Positions 11,960-25,866 are shown, counted from the first letter of the stretch. The stretch: 64,000 bases of DNA from Octopus vulgaris (GCA_951406725.2 OX597820.1:86428001-86492000), one strand, 5' to 3'. Numbers and translations are program-made. Notes: generated by a model not told the origin, from the letters alone.

Positions 11960-12350
11960 AAAACCGAAATTTTGGAGAGAATTATTTGATGAAATGTAGT
12001 TCCATTGCTTTTCGGTATTGCGGATCGTCCCGTGCACATTTCGAAGAGGGAAAAATTTTGAATTTTTCGTCGCTGCATATTTCCAGATGCTTACTTAATG
12101 GAATCTTGCGTAATTCCTCTTGTCGTATATGTGGATTATTGCACGTTGGCAGAGGGAATTATTTGTTTCGCTAATGTAATTTGAGCAGGTAATGCAGTAT
12201 ATGAGGTTTTGCGTTTTGTAGTTCATATCTGCATTTATTTTGGAAAGAGACCCGCTCTTGAATTTTATGTGAGAACCACTTTCCAAGTTTTTGAAGTTGT
12301 AGATGTTTCATGTTCCACATCTCCTCTCTCCACACTCTTTTACAAAGAAT
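11960..12350 (-). mobile_element. PLE GIY-YIG endonuclease fragment, same family as 45600-46015
   Basis: NLIYCITCSNYISETNN; the nucleotide sequence closely matches the reverse complement of the 45620-46015 region. Confidence 0.8.
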
Positions 12351-12452
12351 TCTTATTCCTTCTCTTATTTGAATTCTATATCTTATATAATTGAATAAGC
12401 TGTTTGTACATTCACAAAATTTTGTTTGACAAGTTCGAGAAAAGAACGAAAG

Positions 12453-12495
<43 letters not shown>

Positions 12496-12648
12496 GATGT
12501 AACTGGATTGGGTGTTCTTTTCTCTTTTTGCCATCAGTGATTTTATTTTTGATCTATATAAATGAAGATATTTCTTTCGTCTGGCTGCTTTTCTTTCTAC
12601 ACAACAGAAAGTTACATTGCGGTACAGTCATTTTAACGAGTTGTATTT

Positions 12649-12700
12649 ATCACCCGACGAGATACATCTGCACCACCGGATGTTGAAAAATTGCCGTGAT
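12649..12700 (+). ncRNA. Degenerate type I hammerhead motif, core CCGACGA (U4C)
   Basis: AUCAC-CCGACGA-...ACAUCUG/CGGAUGU-GAAA-AAUUG-CC-GUGAU; stem I is perfect, stem III and cleavage site are mutated. Confidence 0.5.
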
Positions 12701-12758
12701 TAATAATAAATTCTCGTATATTCCATCTTCCGTCTCTCATTTGCCGTATATAATGATG

Positions 12759-12822
<64 letters not shown>

Positions 12823-13084
12823 GATGAGTGTACATATGTATATATATGTATAATTAGGTATATATATATATATATACATATATATCAAATCCTAAAAAAG
12901 AAGATTAACAAACACAAGAAAAAAGACAACAACTCGAGAACGTGGTACATGTAAAGTATTAGCAGACGCTCAGGGAAGGAAAGAATGATGGTTTAACGTT
13001 TCTTCAGAAACAGAAGAGGAAGGTCCAATAGAAAGGAAGACGGATCACACGTGGTTATATTTTGATATACATAATCCTTTCAGC

Positions 13085-13492
13085 TATAGGAATTATAGCT
13101 GAAATTTGGGAGAGGGGTATGAGCTATTATATCGACTCCAGTACTTAACTGGTACTTAATTTATCGATCAGAAAGGATGAAAGGCAAAATCGACCTCGGT
13201 GGAATTCGAATTCAGAATATAGCGCAGACGAATTGCCTCTAAACATCCCGCATGGCGTGCTAGATTCTGCTAGTTTGCTGCCTTATTGTTTCAAATTTTG
13301 CCACAAGGGTAGCCGTTTTCGAGGAGGGGACAAGTCGATTACATCAATCCCAGTGTTTCACTGGTACTTAATTTACCGATCGAGAAATGATGAAAGGCAA
13401 AGTTGACCTTGGCGGAATTTGAACTCAGAAAGTAGCGACGGTCGGAACACCAGTAAGTATTTCGTCCAGCACACTAATGATTCTGTCAGTTC

Positions 13493-13557
<65 letters not shown>

Positions 13558-13771
13558 TCTTTTCTAATTTACACACAAGGCCCAGAATTTTGGGGAAGGG
13601 GGTCAATCCATTAGATCGACCCCAGGACGCAACTGGTGCCTAATTTTTCGAGTCCGAAAGGATGAAAGGCAAAGTCGACCACTGCGGAATTCGAACTCAG
13701 AACGTAAAAACAGACGAAATACCGCAAAGTACCTTGCCCGGCGCGCTAACGTTTCTGCCAGCTCGCCGCCC
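13085..13771 (-). mobile_element. Three head-to-tail SINE family A copies (~13085-13284, ~13287-13497, ~13559-13771)
   Basis: Each contains gatgaaaggcaaa.t.gacc....ggaatt.gaa.tcagaa; the first and third end in the reverse complement of the ggcggcgagctggcagaa head. Confidence 0.85.
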
Positions 13772-13847
13772 TCTCCATCTCTCTATATATACATGTATGT
13801 ATGCATGCATGTACCTATGTATGCATGTATGTATGTATGTATGTATT

Positions 13848-13910
<63 letters not shown>

Positions 13911-13913
<3 letters not shown>

Positions 13914-14515
13914 ACATTTAGAGGACTGACCACCAAATCGCCATTACCATGAAGAATGTGTTCTCAATAAAAATCCCACAAAGGAACCAAAATGTAAAAG
14001 TAAGCAAGGCAAATGAAAATATACGAAATAAAAAATGATTACCTATGTACCATTTGTTTCACTTGTTAATATTTACGTATATGGACAGACAAGCATTTGC
14101 AAGATCATCAGCATAGTCTGTCGTTTACAAAACACAATTTCCAGAACTAGATACAGAAAGCTCAACCGAAATCCATCATGTATCAAGTTCTACAAATTAT
14201 AGTTAGATGTATCCTTTCAAATGCTTTCACTTTGGCGCGCTGAGATTGGAAACTACTCTGCAGTTAATGAACTACAGCAGTAAATTTACCGGTTAGAGAA
14301 CATTTTTTTAAATTTAAAGTTAAATAAGGGTAGAAATTGACATTAATCAATTAAAACCAATGGCGTAGCATATTTTAAAAAATCCGAAGATTAAAAATTG
14401 TGGTACATACAAAATTTAGAGGACTGACCACTAATAGCGGACAGCCTATATGCTAAACATAGACGTCAAATCGCCATTACCACGAAGAATGTGTTCTCAA
14501 GAAAAATCCCAGCAT

Positions 14516-14519
<4 letters not shown>
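13911..14519 (-). mobile_element. Non-coding PLE-derived unit with terminal direct repeats and an internal hammerhead
   Basis: tttagaggactgaccac...aaatcgccattacca.gaagaatgtgttctcaa.aaaaatccca occurs at ~13917-13978 and ~14415-14511; flanked by (TA)n and (CT)n. Confidence 0.6.
14043..14116 (-). ncRNA. Type I hammerhead ribozyme motif
   Basis: Minus strand CUAUG-CUGAUGA-UCUUG...CAAGU-GAAA-CAAAUGG-UA-CAUAG; perfect 5-bp stem I and canonical core. Confidence 0.7.
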
Positions 14520-14568
<49 letters not shown>

Positions 14569-14577
14569 GTATATATA

Positions 14578-14620
<43 letters not shown>

Positions 14621-15802
14621 TATATATATGAATGTATACAAGGAGTGAAAGACGCGCAAAAAGTTTCAAATACGTTTGTAGATATAATTGTATAACACCC
14701 GTAGTACTCAGTCAACTTGTTGCTGCTCAACAGCTGGTTCAAAGCCTCGGGATGTGGTTTATTCGATTTCTTTGTTTTTAGCATACACAACGTACCAATA
14801 CTTGAATAATACGCAATCTTTTCTATATACAATGAAATATAGAAGCACCAAAATAAAAACATTAACGACCGTGTAGCAGCATACGGGGACTGTATTTAAT
14901 CGTACATATAGAAATGTGTAATAGCTGTCTGTGTATATTCAACACAGTAGTGTTGGTATAGTGCATAGAATAGTTCAGGTATACTACGCATACAACTATA
15001 AATAAAATGTATACAGCAATGTTGATAGACTATACACAACATTGTGTTTAGAATCTGTACAGTTACACATACAGACTGAATAAGAGTAGGGTATAAATAG
15101 TGAACATTAACAGTGTAAGTACACTATACACATCAATGTAGACAGCCTGCATATATGATCTAAAAAGGCAGGATACTCAGACTAACGGGTGTAAAAATTG
15201 AGCGATAGAAAACGAAAAAGGAGCGTCGGAAAACGTTTACAAAATGAAACGGTGAGACAAGCTAATAGGAAAGAAAAAAATCAATTATACAAATAATCAG
15301 ATTACATGAGAGAAATCGAAATACTGCCGGTTTGGCAAACTAAGGTGGGAACAAACTTTGATCACAGCTTTGTAACAACGTACAATTTAATTTGAATAGC
15401 ATTTATTCAACATAAATTGAAACTAACACGATAGTAAGTGTTGAATTAATGGCAAAGCAGATGCAACTGTCAGTAATGCATTAATATTGCAAGATGGCAC
15501 GAAATGGAAATAAACACATGGCAAGTTAGGTAAAAATCAGCACACAGATCGTAAAAAAATTGAAAAGGAACTTATTTCATCGCGGCCCAAAACAGTGATA
15601 AAATTAAATTTGGTAAACGTTGTACTCAGAATATACCGGGATAAATATATGTTACTGACGTATTTGTCCATCTACTCTTCTGTCTCAGCTACTTCAAGCA
15701 CAGTATATATACTTCATTACATAAATATATGCTGAAAACTCAATAATTACCATATCACCAATCCATATGTGTGTGTCTGTGCGTGTGTATGTGTGTGTGT
15801 GT

Positions 15803-15842
<40 letters not shown>

Positions 15843-16364
15843 CTGTATGTGGAATTAAAACACACTGAGCCACTATGTACTCGACACCTCTTGTCCTGAC
15901 GTCCGATTTCTTTAATTAAAAATCTGCATTTAGATATGCATTTACATACCCTAATCAATAACGTTCAATAAGTGATTTTTCAAACTTCTATCCATCTTCT
16001 ATCATGATCATATCATGTATGTATCTCTCACTAAACCAATAAGAATAATCCATATATTTTAGTTTTTTCTTATACTTAATTTAATGTATTTTAATTTTAT
16101 ATAATTTTTTTTTTAAATTTTATTTCAGTTTATTTTTGTTTTGATGTTCAATATTTTTTATTTTATTTTATTATATTTATTATATTTGCATACTTTATTC
16201 ATCTTTTTATTTATTTTTCTATTTATTTACTTATCTATATGTTTCCTAATTATAATATATGGTATATAGTACATTCACAAATATTGAAAACTTACCAATC
16301 AAAGAAAATCTCAATACATAGCTTTTAACTTTTAACCTGCTAATACTATATACTTCTCTCTCTT

Positions 16365-16482
16365 GAAGCCTGACGAAGTCCTACTACAGTATAGCTTGAA
16401 TGTGGCAACTTCCTGACATTAAACAGTATGCTTGGAGATTACCATCAACTAGATGGTACAACTGAAACATATATGTAGGTTT
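16365..16482 (+). ncRNA. Type I hammerhead motif with long stem II
   Basis: GAAGC-CUGACGA-AGU...ACU-GAAA-CAUAUAUG-UA-GGUUU; palindromic stem III, one mismatch in stem I. Confidence 0.55.
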
Positions 16483-16713
16483 TTTATCTGTATTTATCTT
16501 AATTTATTTTTCTTTGAAATTTCAACTTCCAATCAATTTATTTATTTGTAATGTTTTTTCAAAAAAACCTCATCATTTCATAGCATGCAAATAAATCAGT
16601 AATTCCCTCCAGTTATTCTCCACTTTCTTCTCCTTATTTTCCCTCAATATTGATAATTTCAATAATCCTAAACATTTACCAATGACTTTCCCGTTATATG
16701 ATAAGGATATGAA

Positions 16714-16922
16714 GGCGGTGAGTTGACAGAAACATTAGCAACATGGGCGAAATGCTTAGCGGTATTTCGTCTGTCTTTGCATTCTGAGTTCAAATTCCGC
16801 CGAGGTCGACCTTGCCTTTCTTCCTTTCGGGTCAATAAATTAAGTACCAGTTGCGTACTGGGATCGATCTAATCGACTGGCTTCCTCCCCCAAAATTTCG
16901 AGCCTTCGGCCTAAAGTACAGA
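16714..16922 (+). mobile_element. SINE family A, full length
   Basis: ggcggtgagttgacagaaac head, B box gagttcaaattcc, common tail ...cccccaaaatttcgagccttcggccta. Confidence 0.85.
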
Positions 16923-17557
16923 TGATCATACGATACGCATTAAACCAATGGAATACATCGGATTATATAATCTCTAATGGGGATTTTGACATCGGGGGTT
17001 AGGGTTAATAATGAGGTTACTACTATCACTAGCCTCATATCCAGCTCTCATCTCAGCCCTCAGGACTGTTTGCATGCATCAGTGCTCTACCGACAAATCA
17101 AAAACATTGGCAGCTCAGCTAAATCAGTGTGAGCTTAACCTTACGAGTTTATATTCTTGGTTCCAATCTCTAAGAAATTATCACTCTACAAAAGATTACC
17201 AATTTTAAATTCCTACATCTCACAAATCAATGAATTTTTTTTCAGAACAAGCCTAAATAGTGGAAATAAAATAAAAGCCTTCAATATTACAGTAGAGGCA
17301 CATCTACCTAAAATTAGCAACGACGTAATCTTAATCATAAAACTGTGTAACAAATTAAAATTTTTATATTTACTTTTATTTTTTTGTATATGGCCAGTAA
17401 GTTTTATTTCTTATTTGCTTCTCTCTAGAAATCAAAGGAAATGACAACTATTACCTTCAAACTTTGCTTTTGCCTCCTGGAGATCACTGTTATGAAACAG
17501 ACTTATTTTCCATTACATTTCAGACAGATTCAATGCCGAGTTGTTGAAACAGAAATA

Positions 17558-17670
17558 TTCTTTTGTACTCTAGGCACAAGGCCCGAAATTTGGTGGGAGG
17601 GGCCAGTCGATTAGATCGACTCCACTACGCAACTGATATTTAATTTATCGACCCCGAAAGGATGAAAGGC
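17558..17670 (-). mobile_element. SINE family A, 3' half
   Basis: Reverse complement of the family tail (ggcacaaggcccgaaattt...gaaaggatgaaaggcaa). Confidence 0.8.
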
Positions 17671-19107
17671 AATGCTTGTCATTTGCTTGACCATAACCAC
17701 TTGAGTATATCACTCAGTGACTGTCAATATGAGGAACTCTTTGAAGTTTGAATAAATGTAACAAAAGCAAAGTTTCAAAGAATTATTATGTATTTTTCAT
17801 ACTCTCTTGGAGTTAGCAAACAAGAAATAAAAGCTGTTACCCAAAGACAAAAGTCGTATTACACAGTGTAATAATTCAAGGTTCCATCGCTATTACTAAA
17901 GTTATGAATCTTTTGACATATGCAAGTACCCTAAAATGTCATTAAGAAATTAATGCTCGATATACCTATGAAGCTTCAAGAAAGTTATGCTTATCAACTA
18001 TTCTTAATGCTTCACGATACTTTAGCTAGATGTGGATCTGAAGTTACAATCACTCACCTTAGTAACTTTACTGAAAATAGAAATTGAGTATAATCTGGTT
18101 TAAATTCCCTTTTAATATTACATTACACCACGTATCCTGTTCTATATTAGCTTAAAACTTTGCCTCCTAAAATTTCCAAAGATTAAATAAGTGTATAACC
18201 AATCAAGCCACTAAGTTTTGTGACTATATCCATACTTAACTAGATATATAGGGTACCTAATATCAATAAAACCTTACAATAATTCCATGGGAATGAATAA
18301 GGTTTCAACTTCAAATAGTTTTCATTTAGATTATAATTTCCACATACATTCGTATAGAAATCATAATAAAAGAAATCAAAACTCACTTGCAGCTTATATG
18401 AAGAAGCGAATAGTGTCGTACTTTACTCTTTAAAATAAAATATTTTTACTCGACTGAGTTATATAGAAAGGTAATCTTAAACTGCATGTTATGTAAAATG
18501 AAAGCTATGAGACTTTCATAGTTAAATAAACTTGAATCATGGATTGTGTCATATACGTACAAACAAAAAATTAAAGTACTCCATTCTTCACTAATAGTGT
18601 ATCTACTCTGTTGATTAAAATACAACCAGTAATTGTTTACCTGTTTTTGTTTACTTGCATCTAACTGCGAATGTTTAAATTTACATGGAAACATACTAAC
18701 AGGTAATATTAAATTTTACATGAAAAATGTTTACACCAAAATAATAATATACTATTCAACGTGTATTTCGAGTGATTTTTCTGTTAATGATGCATTATCT
18801 TGAGGTACAATAGTACGTGAAATAATCACCTTACTCTAGTATCTAATATGTAGGACCACCAATTTAGACACTTAATACATTAAACTACACAGTGTGATTA
18901 TACCTACACACACATGCACAAACGCACGCACACACATAGATACATACAGACGTACAAATATATATATATATATATATATATAGATGGATCGATAGATATA
19001 TAGATATATATAGATATATATATATAGATAATGATAAATATCAATGTGAGTTATATACAGTAGCGGTAACACAAATGGCAAAAATACGTCACGTTATATA
19101 TAGATAG

Positions 19108-19177
<70 letters not shown>

Positions 19178-19306
19178 ATATGTAGGTTTATATATATATA
19201 TGTGTATATATGTATATATATATATTTATATATATGTATAAATATTGATATATATATGTATAAATATTAATATATATGTATGCTTGTATATATATAAATA
19301 TATAAA

Positions 19307-19338
<32 letters not shown>

Positions 19339-20125
19339 GCCATTTCTCTAAAAAAGGATGTTTATCAGTAAACGAATTTACCTTTCTAAATTATATAAAA
19401 AGTTGTAATTTTCATGTCTGTATTGTGAATACTATATTGTTAAATTTCACACTTCTTCATACACTATTACGTTAATATACAAGTATGATTATTCAACAAT
19501 CGATTTGTAATTATTTATATTATTTTTTATTCGTTCGTTATTATGTTTATCTTAAACACAAATTTCTTACCGATTTTGGTTTCTTGGATAACGTTATTGC
19601 TTTGGCACTTTGCAATCTTGTTCTACGCTGATGCTTGTAGCTAATATTTACTGTCTTTTCTGAAAGAAAATCATTTTATGTTCGTTAAACTCCCGTGAGT
19701 TTCGTGATGTAAAACAGCTATTCTATGTAAATAATAACTAAAATAAAAGGAAATATTAACACAGTACATGTTATAATGTTGTGAATCCCTCGTGTTTACA
19801 GCGACTTTATACAGTATATTAATTAAAGATTAATAAATGGTGAGCTAATAGGAACCAAGCTATCTCTTTCACCCAGAGTAATTTGTGGATTCCTGTGAGG
19901 AGAGGCGAAACGTTTTTTGGTTAAATTTCGAAACCCTATGATAGGATCTTATAAAATTACTTCATTCAACGAGTTTGTGCTCGCAGTTCCTTGGAACATT
20001 TGATGACGTTGTTGATTTTATGTGGCTATTCGAGTTATCTTTTTAGCTCCTATTTCTAGCAATTGTAGGCGCTATTTTTCACTCTTAATTATGTATGCTA
20101 CCTTTTTGGTAGAATACATAATTTT

Positions 20126-20187
<62 letters not shown>

Positions 20188-20239
20188 AAGCCAAGTATCG
20201 AGATGTAGGAAGAACGTTCGCTTCAAGTAATCAGTAGTA

Positions 20240-20620
20240 AATTTAGAAATAACTTTCAGGAAAAATAGTGGTTTATTGAGGTGAAAGGTTGTGGACTATT
20301 TTGTATCGCAATATGATAGGCTGGAAAAAATTATTTTTATATTTCACCTTAGGCAACTAGGGCTGCCAGGTATGCGAATAAGTATACATGAGTTAAGGAA
20401 TGGGGTAAATAAAATCGAGGTTACATATGTTTCATAGCAAGTGGAACCTCAGAAGTAATAAATATCAAGTGAGGTGTATACCGCAGGCAACTCGTCAAGC
20501 CAAGGGATTCTTGATTAAATGAAAGTTTACATTATCGTAAACATGTAACTATTAATGGTGGCTATTAAGTAGGTAATGCCTTAGAAGGTCCATAACTTGG
20601 GTGGAGACAGTGGCCCCCAT
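20240..20620 (-). mobile_element. Possible highly decayed PLE GIY-YIG remnant
   Basis: Weak resemblance to ITC..CK..YIGET and downstream motifs, with many stops. Confidence 0.25.
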
Positions 20621-21693
20621 AGGGATCTCAAGAAAGTTGTTAACACATAGAAGATTCGATTAGGATGCGTAGAGAGCACGGTAAGAGTGGAGGATTCAAA
20701 TGTGGAGAGAAGTTAGGTATATAAAAGAAAATAGAAAAGAATAAAAGGAAGTGGGAAAGTTAAAGAATTAAAGCAAGGTTATTGAACTGATACGTTTGGA
20801 TAGGGCTATTTGGGCCCAGTCATAGAGATTTGCAAGGGGAGTGGTATTTGAAAACTAGATAATGTGGAGGGAAAGCATGAGTAAACACTTGTAAATAAGG
20901 AGGAGAAAATAGTATGCTTGGAGATATGGGGTAGTATTAGAACTGGAATTCAAGAGAGAATGGAGAGAATTGTAGAAGCTACTACAAACTATCAGTTAAG
21001 CAGTGTGTATTGTTGTGCACGAGCGTGTTTACAGTATGAAGTAGTCGAGATGTATGTGGGCATAGGTACTTGCAAGTTTACAAAGGAGCAGGAGGAGTGA
21101 GAGGCACATGAAATAAGAGAAAAATGGTATAAATGGTAAGGAAAGATAAAGTGTGATAAAAAAAATATAAACGACAATAATGAGTTAAAGAGAATATAAT
21201 GGGAACATGTTGGATTGTTTTACTGTTTTGTTCTCACTGTCCTGTTCTTGCTACCACTTTCGCCCTCCGCAAAAAATACCAAATTTTATTTAATTTGCTT
21301 TGCGGGAAGGACTGTTTCAACGAAGTCGCGTCTTGTACTTGCCTCCGTAATGCGGAGTAGATGAAACAGGGATAACAGAAGAAGGGGAATATTCTTTATG
21401 TTGTATATCTCGTTTCTCTGTTTGTTTTTCGTTGTTCTAAAAAAGTTCGTTTCTATGTTTTTGGTTTTTATGTTTTCGTTTCTCATTGTGTTCAACGTTT
21501 TTTATTATGAACGCTAGGAAGATAGTAAAGATAGAAGAGTGCGCATCGTAATTATTAAGATAAAACTTATACATATATATATAGGTATATATATATATAT
21601 AACTTATACATATATATATTTATATATTATTTATAATATTATATGATCGAATGCCACGCATCCTTTTCCAAGTAAGTTTTCTCTCTCTCTCTA

Positions 21694-21734
<41 letters not shown>

Positions 21735-21736
<2 letters not shown>

Positions 21737-21905
21737 GACGGTTACCTTTCAGTTTCCGTCTACCAAATCCATTCACAAAGCTTTGGTCGAACTGAGGCTA
21801 TAGGAGCAAACGCTTACCCAAGGTGACACGCTCACGCACTGGGAGTGAACCAGGATCCATGTGGGTGATAAGCAAGCTACTTACCACACAGCCACATCTG
21901 CACCT
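21735..21905 (-). mobile_element. tRNA-derived SINE family B, 5' part
   Basis: Reverse complement: ggtgcagatgtggctgtgtggtaagtagcttgc...ggttcactccc...gaccaaagctttgtgaatggatttggtagacggaaactgaaa. Confidence 0.8.
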
Positions 21906-21952
21906 ATATCATATATTTATATATATATATATACTGATACACATACACACAC

Positions 21953-21991
<39 letters not shown>

Positions 21992-22253
21992 TAGGTAGAT
22001 AGAATTTCTAATGGAAAGAGTTTGCTCTTCCATAAGGATGTATTTCAATCAAGCCTACACCGGTTTATCTCCATATCGATTAATTTTCCTGGAATTTGTT
22101 GATTTGTATTAGTATTGGTGTTTATTGATATTAATTCTTCGACATAAGTGCTTAACACTCATAATGTTCCAGCTGTCATTATAGATGTTTTCATCTATCG
22201 GATATAGGGGAACAGAATTTAATAATATAATATAAAGAAAATGGAGATTAGAA

Positions 22254-22850
22254 AGAATAATAAAATCAAAAATATAAATATATGCGTAAGTATCCAAATC
22301 TATATAATTATTTAACTTCTACATATTTAATTGTGAGAATTTTTCAATTTTTATTTTTATTACAATTGTTTATTTATTTAGATGCATTAGTCCTATTTGT
22401 TCACGGTTTGAGTTATGATATATATATATATATATATATATTTAAATTAATATTCATGTATTTTTAGCGGGGATACTATTAACTATGTATCACATGCATG
22501 GAGGTAAATCATTAATAGAGTTTGAATTTAGATGATAAATTATACTTAAATAAACACTTCGTGATAAAGTTAAAATTAACTTAGGAACAAATTTTAAAGT
22601 GAAGCGCATCCTCACCATTTGAAAGTGATTTAGCTCCATACATGTGATAGAAGTATTTAAAAATTAATTAATTTTAGAATTTATATAATAAGCCAAATTA
22701 TGAACAAATAAGACTAATGCATCTAATAAATAAAAATGTGTAATAATTAATAAAAATTGAAATTCTTACAGTTAAATAAGAATTTAAATACTTATACAGA
22801 TTTTGATACTTACTAATATATTTTCAGTTTTATTTTTGGTTTTTTATTCT
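22254..22850. repeat. AT-rich foldback with ~150-bp imperfect terminal inverted repeats
   Basis: ttagatgcattagtcctatttgttca (~22378) is the reverse complement of tgaacaaataagactaatgcatctaa (~22700); similarity extends outward. Confidence 0.65.
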
Positions 22851-23122
22851 TCTGACAAGTGAGTAGGAAGAAGAGTGGCAGCCAGCCTCTAAAGAAGAAA
22901 CAGTCTAAATTCCATTGGGGATGAACAGTAGTATGACCCAGTTCTTCAAGACTGCTACTAGCCATTGTCCACTATGATCATAATTTAACCTCTAGCTATT
23001 TTTAGAACAGAATCCAGAGACACATATGCTGACACACAAACATACATACACATGCTGCTATTCAGCATGTAAGGAGCTTTCCATCCATTAGGATGTAAAC
23101 GAATACATAAATATGATACTTT

Positions 23123-23222
23123 TTGCCCTGAAGAGATTTCTACCTTTTTACCTTTTAAATTCATAATATAATTTTAATTAAAAAATATGAATGAAGGTGG
23201 GAATTGAAGTGTGCGTAGGCGA
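23123..23222 (+). ncRNA. Degenerate type I hammerhead with 12-bp stem II
   Basis: UUGCC-CUGAAGA-GAUUUCUACCUU...AAGGUGGGAAUU-GAAG(for GAAA)-UGUGCG-UA-GGCGA. Confidence 0.55.
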
Positions 23223-23297
23223 CAGGAAATTGACAATTATATAAATAAATTGATTTTTCTCTGTTCACACTCTCTATTTTCTTTATATTATATCATA

Positions 23298-23335
<38 letters not shown>

Positions 23336-23449
23336 CAGAACAGATGGTATACACACTTTTTTCTTTATGTTATCAAACCTAGGTCCATTAGCAAGAAGAC
23401 GATAAGAACATTGTCTTCCACAGTATCTCCCGAGTTAATTCACACCAGG

Positions 23450-24004
23450 GCAAACCTGTGGAATCAATTAAAGTGAGAACACTTTTAGCGCTAATAGGAT
23501 AGAATTTTCAAACCGGACGCGCAAGCAACAATCTGTTTAATAAAAGAAAAGTGTCAAATTTCGCTACAGATTTATGGAAAAATTCCGGCAGTATAAGGAG
23601 GAAAACACGCCGAAGGGTTAATGAGAATAACATGTCGTGGATTTTATTTCAGGATTAGAGAGAGAGCTGAAGTCTTAATGTTAAGTGCTTTGAGAAAGTA
23701 ATTATCTTTCATGCGAGTATAATATCTCAAGTGGCTGCTGCAGTAAAAAGAAACGTAATAATTTTTCCCCTGTGTATCTGCGGAGACGGTTTCAAAAGCT
23801 GTTGCGCCATCACCTAAATCAGTACTCCGTAACTATTTTTCAGTTGCGGTACACTTATATTCCTTTCAAAATTCGACGGCACTCCTGAACTAAAAATATA
23901 ATCAAAAGCATAGGGGAAAAATTATATTTAGGTTACACTGCGGCGCAACTAGCATCGTCTCGTGGCACATCTATGTGCCACAGTATACCGGTTGCGAAAC
24001 CCTG
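23450..24004 (+). mobile_element. hAT (Charlie-like) transposon 3' remnant with terminal inverted repeat
   Basis: IFPLCICGDGFKS resembles the YLCE.GFS dimerization motif. The end ...gtggcacatctatgtgccac...ccggttgcgaaaccctg is a Charlie-type TIR with a subterminal palindrome. Confidence 0.55.
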
Positions 24005-24210
24005 GCCTATATGAATAACGAAAAAATATATTTATTGAAAATCAAAAATATATATGTTTGGAAAATCAAAAGCTGATGTCTTCATCATTTTGAAATTAAT
24101 TGCCCAGTCATCGAAGGTAGCACGCCTTAAGTAAAATAAATTTCAACTAAGACCTGTAAAGCGATATTGCTTTCAAGCGAGGAGAATGACACACAAATAG
24201 CGTCGGACAA

Positions 24211-24352
24211 TGTATGTATGTATGTATGTATGTATGTATGTATGTATGTATGTATGTATGTATGTATGTATGTATGTATGTATGTGTGTGTATGTATGTA
24301 TGTATGTATGTATGTATGTATGTATGTATGTATGTATGTATGTATGTATGTA
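24211..24352. repeat. (TATG)n microsatellite
   Basis: Direct reading. Confidence 0.95.
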
Positions 24353-25818
24353 TAGAGTGTTAGAAGTGGTGTACAGATACTGCATATTGAGAAAAACGGA
24401 GGTCGCCAGAATTTTGGAAAGAAAATTTTTATTTCTCCATTATTATTAGCGCTTTTAACTTTGATATTTAGGAAACAATGATACGCGACCAAATATACTG
24501 CAGATTATTTTATCCACTCCTAGCATATATAGGTGGGTGTGGGTGTATTTGTGTGTGCGCGCGTGTGTGTGTGTGCGCGTGTGTGTGTGTGCGCGCTCGT
24601 GTTACATTTCTATATGTATGTATATAACTGAGGGAATTTACTGACGTTTCGGTACCGAAACACGACATCCGAATGAAAGTGAAAAGTTAATGTTTCGTCT
24701 GTTAAATTACGATATTACCGAAACACTGGGATCTTGGCATAGCTATGATTGACTACAAGCAGGAGGAAAGATAAGAATGCTAAAATGATAAGCTTGGAGA
24801 AAAATGTAATATGAATACCAAACTCTCGAAACAATTCTTTCAGTTCTTCCAATTTCATGAAACATTGTTAGGAACTTCAACTCCAAATCTGAAGAAATGC
24901 AATGCTTGTATTCTGGAGGTCAGTCGTACATTCCACACGGGGCGTTTTTTATCAATCGTACTCATGTTCTCCACGTGAATACCTGCAGAATGAATCCTAC
25001 CCACACGTCCATTCTTTTCGTTTATCTACCCATTTATATGCCAATTCCTCTCTCACGTCAACCACCCACTCACTAGTTCGGTACATCAGGCCAATCATTG
25101 AAATAAATCTCTGGCGGAATTCTGGTTTATGCACCCCATATGTCCCATTATAATTTTTTTGTGTTTTGGAATTTTCAGAAAATTTTTAAGAATTTACGTT
25201 CTACTCACGGGAATTCGTACGATTATGAAGAAATAATCTCTTTTTTTAATCCCTTCCTCAATGGATCTGACAATTTCCACTCTCTTTCGATATTCTTTAA
25301 AAATCAGAGTTTAAGAAACGGAATTTTTAGCTTAATTCCCACTATTGAGTGCATCATTATTTCATTAAATGTGTTTATAGGGAGAAAAATATTGAAAAAC
25401 ATCGATATATATAAGAGTGGCAATGAAACGAGAACGGTATCAGGGAGTCATAAGATGTTCAAAAAACCAGAGCTAAATCTACCTTAAATTACGCAGACAC
25501 ACATATAGTCTTTGATATACTCATATGATTTCCCATGTTTAGAACACAAACTCACGAAAATTGTCTGAAACTTACCAAAAATAAAAGTCCTGAACTCCGC
25601 CAATCTATGTACAACAATGTCTAATAAGTGAGCAGGACATTATACTTCCGAAACTATAAGGGAAAATGCTGTATCTTCGATATACATCCTCCATACACGT
25701 ACATCCCCAAACACACAAACATACACACACATTGATACGCTCAGGCACAGGTACTTACCATATATACATGAGCACAAGCGGAGGCGCGCTGCATGTGTTT
25801 TTGTGTGCGTCTGTAAGT

Positions 25819-25866
<48 letters not shown>

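Noticed and set aside
12995-13012. Hammerhead-like remnant related to the 797-832 type
   Set aside because: Stem II is deleted, so it cannot fold.
14860-15160. Faint ~20-bp periodicity (ctatacaca..aatgt)
   Set aside because: Too degenerate to define a unit by eye, and not a CRISPR-like repeat-spacer array.
16940-17340. GDFD motif suggesting an APE endonuclease, or an esterase-like remnant
   Set aside because: A single short motif with no supporting context.
24650-25620. Possible Tc1-like transposase fossil
   Set aside because: No convincing catalytic motif or TIR pair.
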